A stretch of 64,000 bases of DNA from Octopus sinensis (Eukaryota), in assembly GCF_006345805.1 (NCBI RefSeq), contig NC_043003.1, forward strand, positions 35,836,001 to 35,900,000. Reading direction: 5' to 3'. Positions 1 to 12,029 of the stretch are shown here, piece by piece. Under the pieces are notes generated by a model. It did no database searches. It was not told the DNA's origin and was given only the letters and a program-made list of their open reading frames with translations. Positions within the stretch are counted from its first letter, which is position 1. The number at the start of each line of letters is the position of its first letter. The translations under genes were made by a program, and so were the position numbers.

Positions 1-459
1 ACACGCACACAGAGGTGCTCATATATATGTGCGCGTATATACTTTAATGTGTGTGCGTGTATGTATTAATGTGTGTATTTGTCTACATATATATGCATGC
101 ATTTGTGCATACACCTTGTGTACGTGTTTGTAATGTATATGGATATATATATATATATATATATACGTACATATACATATGTGTATATATTAATATTTAA
201 TAGTGTGTGTGTGCGCGAGTGTGTGAGTATGTATGTATCTATATATATATATATATATATGTATCTAGCTATATACGCATGTATGTCTGTGTGTATGCAC
301 ATTCACACATACACACACACAATATATCAAATATCGACGAGAAGAAATTAGAGTAGAGTGTTTTTGATGTAGAATGAAAATATGAAAAATGAACGCTGAC
401 AGCGGAACGGATTCGAGGTGTGAATTCATTGCTTTAAAGGAGTCGTCTGGCGGGTAAAG

Positions 460-480
460 AAAGAAGAGAAAAGGAAAGAA

Positions 481-536
<56 letters not shown>

Positions 537-545
537 AGGAAAGAA
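460..545. repeat. (AAAG)n microsatellite
   Basis: Direct reading of tandem AAAG units. Confidence 0.95.
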
Positions 546-1000
546 AGTAAGAAAGTATTTAAAAAATATATGGCCGAAACAAAGAGAGATAATTACAAAA
601 AAAATATACGAAATAAGAATACAGAAAAATAAAGCAAAAAAAATCATACAATTATCGCTTAAGTGTCGGTATGAGATTGTTGGCAACGACGAGCGAAGCA
701 AATGTGATGAAGACGGTATGATATTATATATATATAGGAAAGGAATGATGGTAAAATAGTGAAGAATTGAGAAAGGAGAAAGTGAAATTAATTATAGAAT
801 TACTCTGAGGGAGAGTATAATGTGTCGAAGACTGACAGAGAGTCGCAAATTGAGATAAATAGAACGGGTTGTGAATTGGAAAAGGAGATGAAGATTATTG
901 AAACAGAAATGTGATGAAAAGAAGAAAGATAAGTTTGAGAGAATAAGAGTGTGTGAAAGATATATATATATATGTATTATATATATATATATATATATAT

Positions 1001-1040
<40 letters not shown>

Positions 1041-1577
1041 TATATATTCATATATTTATATATGTTATGCAATGTATAGAACGCATGATTCGATTCAGCC
1101 GATGGAGAAAGTTAGTAACCAAGACACACTTGGATAAATAAAGATTTGGTTATTCGGTTATAGGAGCGACAGGAAAACAAAGCGAGACAGCGATATATAC
1201 AAAGAGAGAGAGCGAGAGAGATAGAGAGAGAGAGAGAGAGAGACAAAGAATAAGAAAGTGTGTGTGTGTAAAAGAGAGAGAAATAGAGAGGTGCAAGAAA
1301 GAATTAGGGGCAGCGAGTGAGAGACTGTGAAAGAGAGAACAAAATATTGACATATCGATAGACAGACAGACAGATAGAGAGATATATAGAAATAGATAGA
1401 TAGATAGATAGATAGAATCATTACTGTACCGGACAAATGGTTAGCGGCATTTCTTCCGGCTTTATACTACAAAGTTCAAATAACACCCTGGTCGACTTTG
1501 CCTGGGGACGGATGTAATCAGCTTACTCCTCCCCTGAAGTAACCTATTTTAGGAACGATATCGTCACATAGGTTTGT

Positions 1578-1659
<82 letters not shown>

Positions 1660-1785
1660 ATAATTATATTAATATATAATATATGTATATATATATTTAT
1701 ATATGTATATATATATATATATATACATACATACATACATACATACATAATATACACACATACATTCACACACACACATACATAC

Positions 1786-2940
1786 TAGGTTATGTAAAAG
1801 AGGATTTTCGAATTTTTACTAATTTTTGACTTGTATCGCCATGTTCAGTATTTAATTTGATACCACTTGTTCTCCAATCGTTGCTAAATTCTTTATTCTT
1901 TGTTTTCATGTATACCGTAGACATTAATTGTTTATTCTTCACTTTACATCGTTGATAATAAGTGGTGAAAAATTGCAATTAGGGCCATTTTATGCTAACT
2001 TTCAAAAACAGGACTGCGCGCAAGTGCTGCGACAAAAGAAATTAACGAATGGGAACGCTCGGGAAGTGTCGGTGAACGTATGGCACAAAACTGGTTCAGA
2101 TGATTGAAAGAAGGGGACACCAACCTCGAAGACAAGACAAGGTCAGGGAGACCTGCTGTTGAAAATGAAGCCTTGCTTGGATGAAGTGGTTGAATAACAA
2201 CCAGTTGAACATTTTTGGCAGAATCTGGTCCTTCACAAAGCTCGCTCATTTGTCACCTCCGTAAAGTCAGGATCGTGAAAATATGCTGTAGAGAAGTTCC
2301 TCATTATTTGACCAATGAACAGGCTCAATGCCGTCTGAGCATTTACAAACAAATGATAGCAAATACTCAAAATTCCCTTTAACTCAGCGAATTCTAACTG
2401 GGGCGGGGGGGAGGGATCTGCTTCTGTAATCCTAATAAGGGAAATCAGTGGCTTCGTCCTGCACAGGTTTCAGAACCTGTTGTCAAATAAGGGTAGTTTA
2501 AATAGAAAGTCTTGCTGTGTGTTTGCTGAAATTTTTAGGGGGTGTTGCACTGTAAGTTTGTCCTACATGGTTATAGTGTGAATGATAACCGTTATGTAGG
2601 GCAAAAACAGCGTATGTATGATATTTGAAAGCCCACTACTCGGCATTGATCAAGAGAAGACGCGCTATCCTAAAATATGAGGGTCCAGAAACGCTGCTCC
2701 AACCTGTCTACATTCTAGTCCTTGCACCATCAAATTACCACCGTTTCCGAACAATGGCTCGTTTCCTGCACAGAGGCAGATGAGGTTAAAATCGGCAGGG
2801 TTTTACTCTAAACCAGCTAGATGATGTAGAATTGATTAGAACCATCTAAACCATCAAGCGTAGAATAGCTCTTCCACAATGATAGCAAAAGACAACGGAA
2901 TAAGATGAAATATATTTTGATGAATAAACGCTTTGGTTGA
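1786..2940 (+). mobile_element. Decayed mariner transposon (transposase pseudogene)
   Basis: From 2041 the frame reads ...ERMAQNWFR*LKEGDTNLEDKTRSGRP (mariner HTH region). At 2709-2756 it reads YILVLAPSNYHRFRTM, a decayed YSPDLAPSDYHLFRSM motif. Multiple stops and frameshifts; TIRs not confidently found, so the boundaries are approximate. Confidence 0.85.
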
Positions 2941-3062
2941 CTTATTCATTCATACATACATACATACATATTTGCTTTCCTACTCTGCTCTCTGTGTTTC
3001 ACTCTGCCTTCTACCAAATTTCTCCCTCCTACTACTGACATGTGACCCGTGGTGATCGTCTT

Positions 3063-3091
3063 TTTCACACCGAGCGCTCGAGTGAGCAGTC

Positions 3092-3161
<70 letters not shown>

Positions 3162-3226
3162 ATATATATTTATATATATATATTTATATACATATATATA
3201 TTTATATATATGTGTGTGTATGTATG

Positions 3227-3273
<47 letters not shown>

Positions 3274-3306
3274 ATAAATATATGTGTGTGTGTGTGTATG
3301 TATGTA

Positions 3307-3344
<38 letters not shown>

Positions 3345-3427
3345 TATATACATACATATACATATAAAATTAAATACTCAACCGAAAAGCCTACTATTTG
3401 TTTCACACCGAGCGCTCGAGTGAGCAG

Positions 3428-3490
<63 letters not shown>

Positions 3491-3532
3491 CATATATATA
3501 TTTATATATATGTGTGTGTGTGTGTATGTATG

Positions 3533-3630
<98 letters not shown>

Positions 3631-3679
3631 CATATACATAAAATTAAATACTCAACCGAAAAGCCTACTATTTGTTTCA
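3063..3679. repeat. Tandem duplication of a unit of unique sequence plus compound microsatellite
   Basis: TTTCACACCGAGCGCTCGAGTGAGCAGTCA at 3063 and 3401; AAAATTAAATACTCAACCGAAAAGCCTACTATTTGTTTCA at about 3366 and 3640; both (TA)n tracts carry the same interruptions. Confidence 0.85.
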
Positions 3680-3859
3680 TGCTATTATGATACATGAACA
3701 GACATATCAATAAAATATCCCATGTATCTTAAATCAATTTTTCAGGCAAGTTAAAATAGAAATGATCCCGGTTTATTTTGGACATTACTCTGATTTTAGC
3801 ACCTTTCAAAGTATCTGTTGTGCTCTGGGTGTGTTCATTGAGCGCTCTCTCATTTTTTA

Positions 3860-4678
3860 CGAGACCACAGATATTATTATCCAATAATAGATAATAATAT
3901 CTGTTATTTAGATCATGTCACCCGCGACATATCAAAACAAATATCTCCTTCAACCTTGTAAGAAGGATTTGCTCCATAGAGTCTAAAAATAAAATACCAG
4001 AGAAATAAGAGCTTAAAAATGTACTCCAGGACATGCACTACCCAATTCAACTCATAAATGAAGGAATGAAACGTGCAAAATCGATTAATATTAAAACATT
4101 AAGAAAAGCCAAACACAGCACATCAACCACCAAAGCACTATTTTGTGTTCCCACACACAACACCAGAAAGAAAGAAGCATTCAATATCATCGTCAATAAT
4201 CTTCCAATACTCCATAGGGAGCCCAAACTTAAGGAAATTCTACGTAATCATAAAATCATTAAGTGCAGCTAACAGCCTAAGACATTGAAGAATATTCTCA
4301 CCAATGCCAAACTGTTCTCTATTCAAAGGATCGGAATTCCATTTCAGACAAGGGAAATATTCAAAATCAAATCTAACTTCACTTGCGCCTCTCAAAACCT
4401 CATTTACGCAATCAAATGCTCAAACTATCATCGAAACTATATTGGCTCGAGAGGAAATACGGTCTGACAGAGAAGTACGGTGCACAGACAACAAATTTCC
4501 TCCCCACAATATCGCCAAATATACCTCAGTCAACGCATTGACGAATGTGCACAAAGATTATAATCATAATTCGTAATTTTCTCATTTTATCAGCTTGCCT
4601 TCTGGACCTCAACACAAGTAAGAATAAAAATAGAAGACTCATTTATCCAAAAATATAAACCAGAATTAAATATGTAGC
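3860..4678 (+). mobile_element. Penelope-like retroelement 3' fragment (RT thumb, linker, GIY-YIG endonuclease), decayed
   Basis: LFRSCHPRHIKTNISFNLVRRICSI...MHYP (RT C-terminus), then IKSNFTCASQNLIYAIKCSNYHRNYIG (GIY-YIG), HRQQISSPQYRQI and DSFIQKYKPELNM* across frameshifts and stops. Confidence 0.85.
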
Positions 4679-5059
4679 CATATAAAAAAATAAAGGACCT
4701 ACCCCATCTAATGTAACATGTAGTCAGAATAGAATAGAGAACTCAAAAAACCAAAACAATAAAAATTACAGATTTACCTCCACTTTACTGCAAAATAAAT
4801 TAGTGAACAATTATCTCCCCTAGGAATATATTTTCTTCTATCTACCTATCTTTTTCAACTGTCAGCTTGATAAGCAATGCAAAACTTACCCTTCAATTAT
4901 GTTGAAAGAACAAAATCTTATGTACAAAATTGTATAATATCTTCAATATCGTGGCTAGCATAATTTTAAATCCTGCAAAACAAATCTGCTGTATTTTTCA
5001 CCTTTTCTCTTTTTATATATATCGACCACGTGTGTTTCCCAACTAAGATATTTTCTACC

Positions 5060-5113
<54 letters not shown>

Positions 5114-5280
5114 GTAAGTATATAAACACTAAGATGCGAATATGCGAACAGAATATAGGAGCGTTCATTTTTGTTCCGAGTTTTAGGTGTTTGGCTCCAC
5201 TCCGCCTTCCTTAACTTCTCTGGGGTATTAATATATATACATGGCTATATATATATATTAGTCCGTATAGATTTTACTAC

Positions 5281-5325
<45 letters not shown>

Positions 5326-5390
5326 CCCTGTTGTAAAATCTATACGGACTGATGGGATAGAATTTAGCATCACCACCCACAATGGAGTAA

Positions 5391-5443
5391 ACTTTGCTGA
5401 TGAGCATTAAATTTCATGCGAAATTGGCATGACTATCTAATTC
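5391..5443 (+). ncRNA. Type I hammerhead ribozyme motif, copy 1 (core intact, stems I and III decayed)
   Basis: CTGATGA 5397-5403, stem II GCAT/ATGC, GAAA 5420-5423, stem III ATTGG-CATG-ACTAT, AUC triplet ending at 5437. Confidence 0.6.
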
Positions 5444-5666
5444 CACTCAGTTGCGTTGGGGAGGTTGTCTCACCTGTCAGTAAAATGTTCTTCGACTCTT
5501 ATATCTAAAAATGTTGGGTTCAATTTTGGTTTTGAATTGCGTCTAGCCACCTTAATTATTTTATGATGTTCACGTTCCCAATTTGCGGAATCAGCCACTG
5601 ATTCCTAAGGTAAAATCTATATATACTGACGAGACAGAATTTAGCTTTACCCCTGCAATGGAGTAA

Positions 5667-5719
5667 GCATTACTGACGAGCATTAAATTTCATGTTAAAT
5701 CGGCATGTCAATCTAATGT
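5667..5719 (+). ncRNA. Type I hammerhead ribozyme motif, copy 2 (stem I intact, one mismatch in stem III, G12 mutated)
   Basis: Stem I GCATTA/TAATGT, CTGACGA 5673-5679, stem II GCAT/ATGT, TAAA in place of GAAA, stem III ATCGG-CATG-TCAAT, AUC ending at 5713. Confidence 0.55.
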
Positions 5720-6118
5720 CACTCAATTCCGTTGAGGAGGTTGTCTCCCCCGTCAGTAAAGAGGATAAATAACTATAATCATTAACCATGTAAATAAATA
5801 AGACAATAAAATAAATAAATGATACACTGTCCTACTTATGTAGCTGAATGTTCATATCCTGTTTAATCTAGATACATTGTTTTATCAGAGTCGTTGAAAT
5901 AAGTGGGGTCAATGTAACCGATTTACCCTTTCTCTGAAATTGCTGGCCTGGTGCCCGAATTTGAAATCATTGTTACACGTTGAAGCCTGGGAAGCAGCCA
6001 TCATCCTTCGAATATCAACTGATGAAATAGACACCTCATATATCATTTGCATGTGTGTATGTATGTATGTGTGCGTGTGTTTATGTATGTGTGTGTTTAT
6101 GTATACGTAAATACATTA

Positions 6119-6170
<52 letters not shown>

Positions 6171-6177
6171 TTAAATA

Positions 6178-6342
6178 TGAAAACACAAAATGAAACACAA
6201 CAACGTGAGGACGTGGAACAGATATAGTATTATTGGACGCTCAGGAAGGAAGGGAGCTCTTCGTCGGAAACATAGGAAAAGGAAAGATCCAGAGAAGGGA
6301 TGACGGACGAAAAAATTCGCCAACGGTACACACGCGGTCATA
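6178..6342 (-). mobile_element. Short non-coding repeat with a decayed hammerhead 5' half, ending in (TA)n
   Basis: Minus strand reads CCGACGA-AGAGC-TCC, after which the rest of the motif is lost. The downstream TCCTGAGCGT...TAATAC...TGTT is shared with the element at about 28.3-28.46 kb. Confidence 0.45.
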
Positions 6343-7026
6343 TGTATATAAAAGTATGGGTGTTTAGTTCACAGGTGATCTAAACGGCTAGGTAAGTGCT
6401 TTAACGGATTACCAGGCCTCCAAGGTTATATCTCAGACGGCAGTTATGGGCCCATTGTAGATTTCTGATGTAGCGGATACATAATTGTTAAAGAGGACAA
6501 TAAACGTTAAGGCAAGACAAACATCACAAGTCATATACGTTGTTATTATTGGAAAAATTGAAAGTCTTACAGATTATGGGATATTCCGTCATGGGAGACA
6601 AATAGGGAAAATGAGAAGGGTGTAGATTAATGAAATGACGACACAGAGGACAAGAGAAAGGAATACGGAGATGAAGAAAGATAAGAAAAACGAAGCATAA
6701 AAGTTCACAGTTCAACTATCCGATCATGTAGAAGTATAACTGTCCGTAAGTTGTTAGGTGCAATCCTTTGTAAATCCATATTGCTCAGAGTCCTAATAAT
6801 GTAAATATCCAGACATACATGCTAACATATCAACGTTCAATAACAGAATGAAAGCGGAGGTGGATATTAAATGGTAAAAAGAAAGAATAAAAACAGAAAG
6901 AGTGGTAGAAAATGTGAGGAAGGAAATTATTAAGGATTGACATTAAGGACAAAATGTGATATAGAAGAATATAGTGTTTAAGAATATAGTGTGCAAGAAT
7001 AACCAAAACGATAAATAAATAAATAA

Positions 7027-7064
<38 letters not shown>

Positions 7065-7464
7065 GGAAAAGAGAGAGAGAGGAGGAGGAGGAGGAGGAGG
7101 AGGAGTTAAATGAAGATTACATAAAACCAGGTAAAATGAAAAGAATTCAAAGAGAATAGTAGGTGCCAGTAGTATTCCTGTAGACTGTAGGGGTTGGGGT
7201 GGAAATCTAGTAGTAAGTTCTTCTGTTCGCTTTATTGCTAAGGTCAGTGGCTGTTGAAATATTTTTAGCAAAGCGGTATGGGTGTGTAGGTGGTCATGAA
7301 TCGAGAAGCCTGTTGAATGTTAAATTATTTAGGAATAAGAGTTAGAATTAAATATTACGAGATTTATTAGATTAAGGTTTAAGAATAAATTAAAGAATTA
7401 ACATTTATCATATAAAGTGATGCGGTAAGGTTGATAGAATAGATACACAGGGGTATCGTTAACA

Positions 7465-7790
7465 ATCATGGAGGTTTGTATGTGAGTGTTATTCGTGGCG
7501 GGGTGAATTTGCATTTCGATTTATGGAAGAATTTAGAAGTTTGGAATAATTTGTATTTACACGTTGTGAAGGCTTCGTAGTGTTTGCTAAGCAATTGTGG
7601 TGAGTTATGGATTAAAATTTTGAGGGCTTCTTTTAAGCAGAGTCCACAATTGGAGTGCTGGCTCTGATATAGTATACCAGAATCTATTATAGCCCAGGAA
7701 AGTCTATATTGTACGCAGAATCTTATGCAATGGCCTTGCAGGGGACACTCTGTCCCAGATCTGCAGCTGCAGCTATCAGTTCTACGACGG
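7465..7790 (-). mobile_element. Penelope-like element endonuclease-region fragment with internal deletion
   Basis: Open frame CSCRSGTECPLQGHC (PLE Cys-rich linker) joined directly to YRLSWAIIDSG...CGLCLKEALKIL...LLSKHYEAFTTCKY (PLE EN C-terminus); GIY/YIG motifs absent. Confidence 0.75.
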
Positions 7791-7974
7791 TTAGTTGGAG
7801 AGAGAGTGGGGGAAGAGAGATGCAGCAGTACTACTAATGAACAAGCTCAAAGCTAGGTTAGAATAAGGTGAATCATTCGTGATATTGCTGTTATCTCTGC
7901 CGGCATTTCTACTATCAATATCAACGCCACCGTTAGCATTATTATCATTATCGTCATTATCGTTATCGGCATGG

Positions 7975-7975
7975 C

Positions 7976-8038
<63 letters not shown>

Positions 8039-8083
8039 GATCATTATTATTATTATTATTATCATTATTATTATTATTATTAT

Positions 8084-8131
<48 letters not shown>

Positions 8132-8146
8132 CAGCATAAGCAGCAT

Positions 8147-8188
<42 letters not shown>

Positions 8189-8219
8189 CCGCAGCAGTAG
8201 TAGTAGTAGTAGTGGTAGT

Positions 8220-8283
<64 letters not shown>

Positions 8284-8285
8284 TC
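7975..8285. repeat. Compound (AAT)n/(ATT)n/(AGT)n trinucleotide microsatellite
   Basis: Direct reading; source of the poly-I/poly-S/poly-L ORFs. Confidence 0.95.
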
Positions 8286-8318
8286 AGAATTGGTAGTGAA
8301 GGTGGTATTAGTGATATC

Positions 8319-8549
8319 GAGCTGGCAGAATCGTTAGCACGCCGGGCGAAATGCTTAGCGGTATTTCGTCTGCCGCTACGTTCTGAGTTCAAATTCTGCC
8401 GAGTTCGACTTTGCCTTTCATCCTTTCGGGGTCGATTAAATAAGTACCAGTTACGCACTGGGGTCTATATAATCGACTTAATTCGTTTGTCTGTCCTTGT
8501 TTGTCCTCTCTGTGTTTAGCCCGTTGTGGGTAGTAAAAAAGTAGGTATT
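8319..8549 (+). mobile_element. tRNA-derived SINE, type B (head GAGCTGGCAGAATCGTTAG...)
   Basis: A-box-like TGGCAGAATCGTTAG, B box GAGTTCAAATTC; decayed relatives at about 1420-1530, 5870-5970, 18040-18200, 31790-31956, 37690-37860 and 45835-45990. Confidence 0.85.
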
Positions 8550-8565
8550 AGTCATATAACTGTTA

Positions 8566-9068
8566 TCTTTTACTTGTTTCAGCCATTGCACTCTGTCTAT
8601 GCAGGAATACCGCCTTGAAGACTTTTTGGTTGAAGGAATCGACTGCAGTACTTATGTTTTAAGCATCGTACTTAATTTATCGATCTCTTTTACCGACCCG
8701 CTATGTTACAGGACCGTAAACACTCCAAACACTGGTTGTCAAGTGGCGATGGAAGACATACACCCACATTCACACACACACTCTCTCTCTCTCTCACACT
8801 CTGTTACACAAACTCACACACACACACACAGACATGCACATATACATACACAGACTCACACACATACGCGCGCACACGCACGCACGCAAACACACGCGCG
8901 CGCGCATTGAACGGGATTTCAGTTTCCGTCTACCATCCACTCACATTCAGGCTTTTGTCGGTCCCAGGTTCTGGTTGAAGACGATTGTCCAAGGGGCCAC
9001 GCAGTAGGACTGAACACATAACCATGAAGTTGGGAAGCAAACTTCTTACCAAAAAGCCATACCTGTGC
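8566..9068 (-). mobile_element. Composite tRNA-derived SINE, type A (with internal microsatellite)
   Basis: Same head, body and tail as the copies at 18821, 33728, 43088 and 51981; more diverged. Confidence 0.8.
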
Positions 9069-9092
9069 ATGTATGTATGTATATATGTATGT

Positions 9093-9413
9093 ATGCGTAT
9101 AAGAATGGATGACCACTAAGCAGTCATCCAATATGCTAGAAATAGATCACCTACGATCTAACCACAAAGGAAAAGAATATTCTCTAGAAAAATTCAAGTG
9201 TTTCCTGAATTTTCGTAGAGAACATTCTTTTCCTTTGTGATTGGATCGTAAGTGATCTATTTCTAGCATATTGGATGTCTGCTTAGTGGTCATACCATCT
9301 TATACGCATGTAATACAATTTTTCTGAATTTTCAGATTTTTCTACATGCAAGGCCACTGGTTTTAAATTGATGTTAAATTAATATTCAATTTATCACCCT
9401 TAATATTTAAATA
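9093..9413 (+). mobile_element. 5'-truncated, 5'-inverted copy of the family at 43841-44771
   Basis: Inverted arms at 9093-9198 and 9204-9309; the 3' end GGTTTTAAATTGAT...AATATT..AATTTATC.CCCT.A.TATTTAAATA(TA)n matches the minus-strand 3' end of the 43.8 kb element. Confidence 0.7.
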
Positions 9414-9457
9414 TATATATATATATTATATATATATATATATAATATATATATATA

Positions 9458-9834
9458 TACTAGCAGTATCGCCCGGCGTTGCTCAGGTTTGTAAGGGAAA
9501 TAACTATAAAGCATTTTTAGAGAGTTATAGCCAAAAAATAGCAAAAAAATGGAAAAAAATGATGGTAAATTTTTTTAGTTAAAAAAGTGGAGTGCGTCCC
9601 CTAGATAGTTTGCGGTTTGTGTTTCTGATTCTCGACCCCATGTCGAATTTATCGATTTTTTCAGAACTGGGGGGACTTTTCAAAATTTTCGCTGCGTTAG
9701 TTTTGAATTATGGACATTGGGCTATGTGTGTGTCAAGTTTCATCAGAATCGGTTGAAAGCCGTGGTCAGGGTGAGGGTACAAGCAAACAGACACACAGAA
9801 ACACGCACAGACAAACTGCCGTTTATATAGAGAG

Positions 9835-9836
<2 letters not shown>
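9458..9836 (+). mobile_element. Non-autonomous Helitron/Helentron-like element
   Basis: Starts TACTAGCAGTATCGCCCGGCGTTGCTC within (TA)n, has a subterminal GC hairpin and an ACAG/ACAC microsatellite near the 3' end; the same 5' end recurs at 55152 and 59092. Confidence 0.6.
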
Positions 9837-9865
<29 letters not shown>

Positions 9866-10266
9866 CACATGCGTGTGCGCCTGTGTGTATTTGTGAATGT
9901 TTGTGTGTGTTTGTGTGTTTGATTGCGCACGCACACATACGTCTGTGTACATTTAGTGTTTTCCTGAAATACTACATACTTAAAGCTAATGGCAGTATTG
10001 CATGTAACTGAAGAAGATATTTTCATAGACGCGGATTGTCTTATGGTCAGGGTGAATCTTTGAGAACGACTTAAATGATTATAATTCTAAGTGCTGAGAA
10101 TGATGATTATGAAACGGGACAGTTGTTTAAAAATTCATGCACAGCATAAGTGCAGACATTTTCGTTTGAAAACTGTACAGTCTGCTTGGAGAGGATGCGA
10201 ACACAAGGCGTATACGTCTTCATGCAGCTATCTGAAGTAAGGCATTTAAAACATAGCAGCGTGAAT

Positions 10267-10594
10267 TAAAAAAGACTCCGCGGGTTACGACGACGAGGGT
10301 CCCAGCTGATACGATCAACGGAACAGCTTGCTCGTGAAATTAACGCGCAAATGGCTGAGCATTCCACAGACACGTGTACCCTTAACGTAGTTCTCGGGGA
10401 TAATCAGCGTGACAGAGAGAGTGACAAGGCTGACCCTTTGAAATACAAGTACAACTCATTTTTGCCAGCTGAGTGGACTGGAGCAACGTGAAATAAAGTG
10501 TCTTGCTCAAGGACACAACGCGTCGCCGGGAATCGAACTCACAACCTTACGATCATGAGCCGAATGCCCTAACCACTAAGCCACGCGCCCTCAC
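10267..10594 (-). mobile_element. Full-length tRNA-derived SINE, type C, with 12-bp TSD
   Basis: A box TGGCTTAGTGGTT, B box GAGTTCGATTCC, T-rich tail; AGCAGCGTGAAT duplicated at 10255-10266 and 10595-10606. Confidence 0.9.
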
Positions 10595-11576
10595 AGCAGC
10601 GTGAATATGATGCCTAAGATAGTTTTCTATTCCGAATTTGCTTCTGTACTGTACATTTACCATAACCGTAGCATTCATTTGAGTTTTGCGGTAATAGAGG
10701 GCTAAAAAAATGCTAAAGTATCCCTCTCATTTATTTTTTGCCGACACTTAATAGCCGAGATATACTATAAAGTTGTTATTCATAAACACTGCTACAGGAA
10801 AATTATTAGTTCATTCTTGCATGAATTTTTTATTGTTTCAAAAACAATCAATACTAACCCTGCGATAGTTTTATATATGTCTTATTCAGAAAGAGAACGA
10901 TTTGTCTGTGTGTTAGCTTGAATTCTTCATTGATTACTTCGTTTGCACTACATACAAACACACTTGCTACTTCACATCCAAAGTATCAACACTCTCACGC
11001 ATATGGAATTACTTTGTTTTTCATATATATTATATTAAATATTTAATATGTTATATTTTATATATTATGCTAAATCATCAACACTTTCCTTTACTTTCCT
11101 TTCTAATCTGGTTCATTTCATCCTCTCCCACCTTCCCCGACCGAAATTTTAATTAGATAGAGAAAAAAAATTAATATTAGATAGGTAAATCGATAAAAAC
11201 GTTATGTATCCAACTATTAAACATTATAATTATATATTTCATACGTATGTGAATGCACGATTCTTTCCTTTTTCTTTCGCTTCCGCGATGGTTCAGTAGC
11301 GACTAAGCGAACACTCACGAAAACCATGCGTATGTATCTTTATACACCATCTACTTCTGAAAATTGCATAACATTTGTTTCAATGTACACAACCACATTG
11401 ATGGCTGTACATACTGAATTAAATCTTAAAATATTCGTAACCATTGTTGCTGCAAATTTTCTCTTCTTTGGACCGGGAACTTTATTATGCATTTTTACTT
11501 GTGTTCATTGCAAACACACTGTCGCTCGCTCACAGACTCACACACGCGCGCATACATACATACTACATACATACAT

Positions 11577-11623
<47 letters not shown>

Positions 11624-12029
11624 TATATATACATACATACAAACGTACATACATACATACATTGCAGATACGGATGCAACAAAAATATTCATCTAAATAT
11701 AAAGACACACACGGCTTCAGAAATAAAATACTGATGAAATCTCTGAAATATACATTCTACCCTACCTTGTTAAATAATGTCAGCGTCAGAGGATATCCCA
11801 CAGGTTTCACAACGATAAAGATATCTTCTCTCCGATGTAACTATGTTTATGGACAACGTTTCGAATTTTTAGTGAAACCTTTCTTATTTATTTCACAGTG
11901 GAAGGATTTTTTTTTACTCAAGTACCATTTTTTTGCTTTTGTATTTTGTTCACCATCTAAGGCGTGGGATCTTGGAAACAATATTTTTATTCATCTTTAT
12001 AGTCTAGGTCGCTATTTTGGTCGAAAATA

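Larger units (their letters stand above)
5334..5760 (+). mobile_element. Retrozyme-like element: two ~150 bp direct repeats (period 276) each carrying a hammerhead motif
   Basis: Repeats at 5334-5484 and 5611-5760, roughly 80% identical by eye, with a ~126 bp spacer and no ORF. Confidence 0.65.

Noticed and set aside
3375-3432. Hairpin followed by GAAAC...GTA on the minus strand as a hammerhead
   Set aside because: The core reads CTGCTCA (A6 and G8 wrong) and no stem I is available.
4862-4895. TTGATAA-GCA-A-TGC-AAAA in the PLE 3' region as a hammerhead
   Set aside because: Three core positions differ and there is no stem I or III; at best a fossil.
11731-11760. CTGATGA...GAAA-TATA
   Set aside because: No stem II or stem I pairing; likely chance in AT-rich DNA.
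11845-11900. GAAAC-GTT-GTC on the minus strand
   Set aside because: The 3' half looks right, but there is no recognisable CUGANGA upstream.
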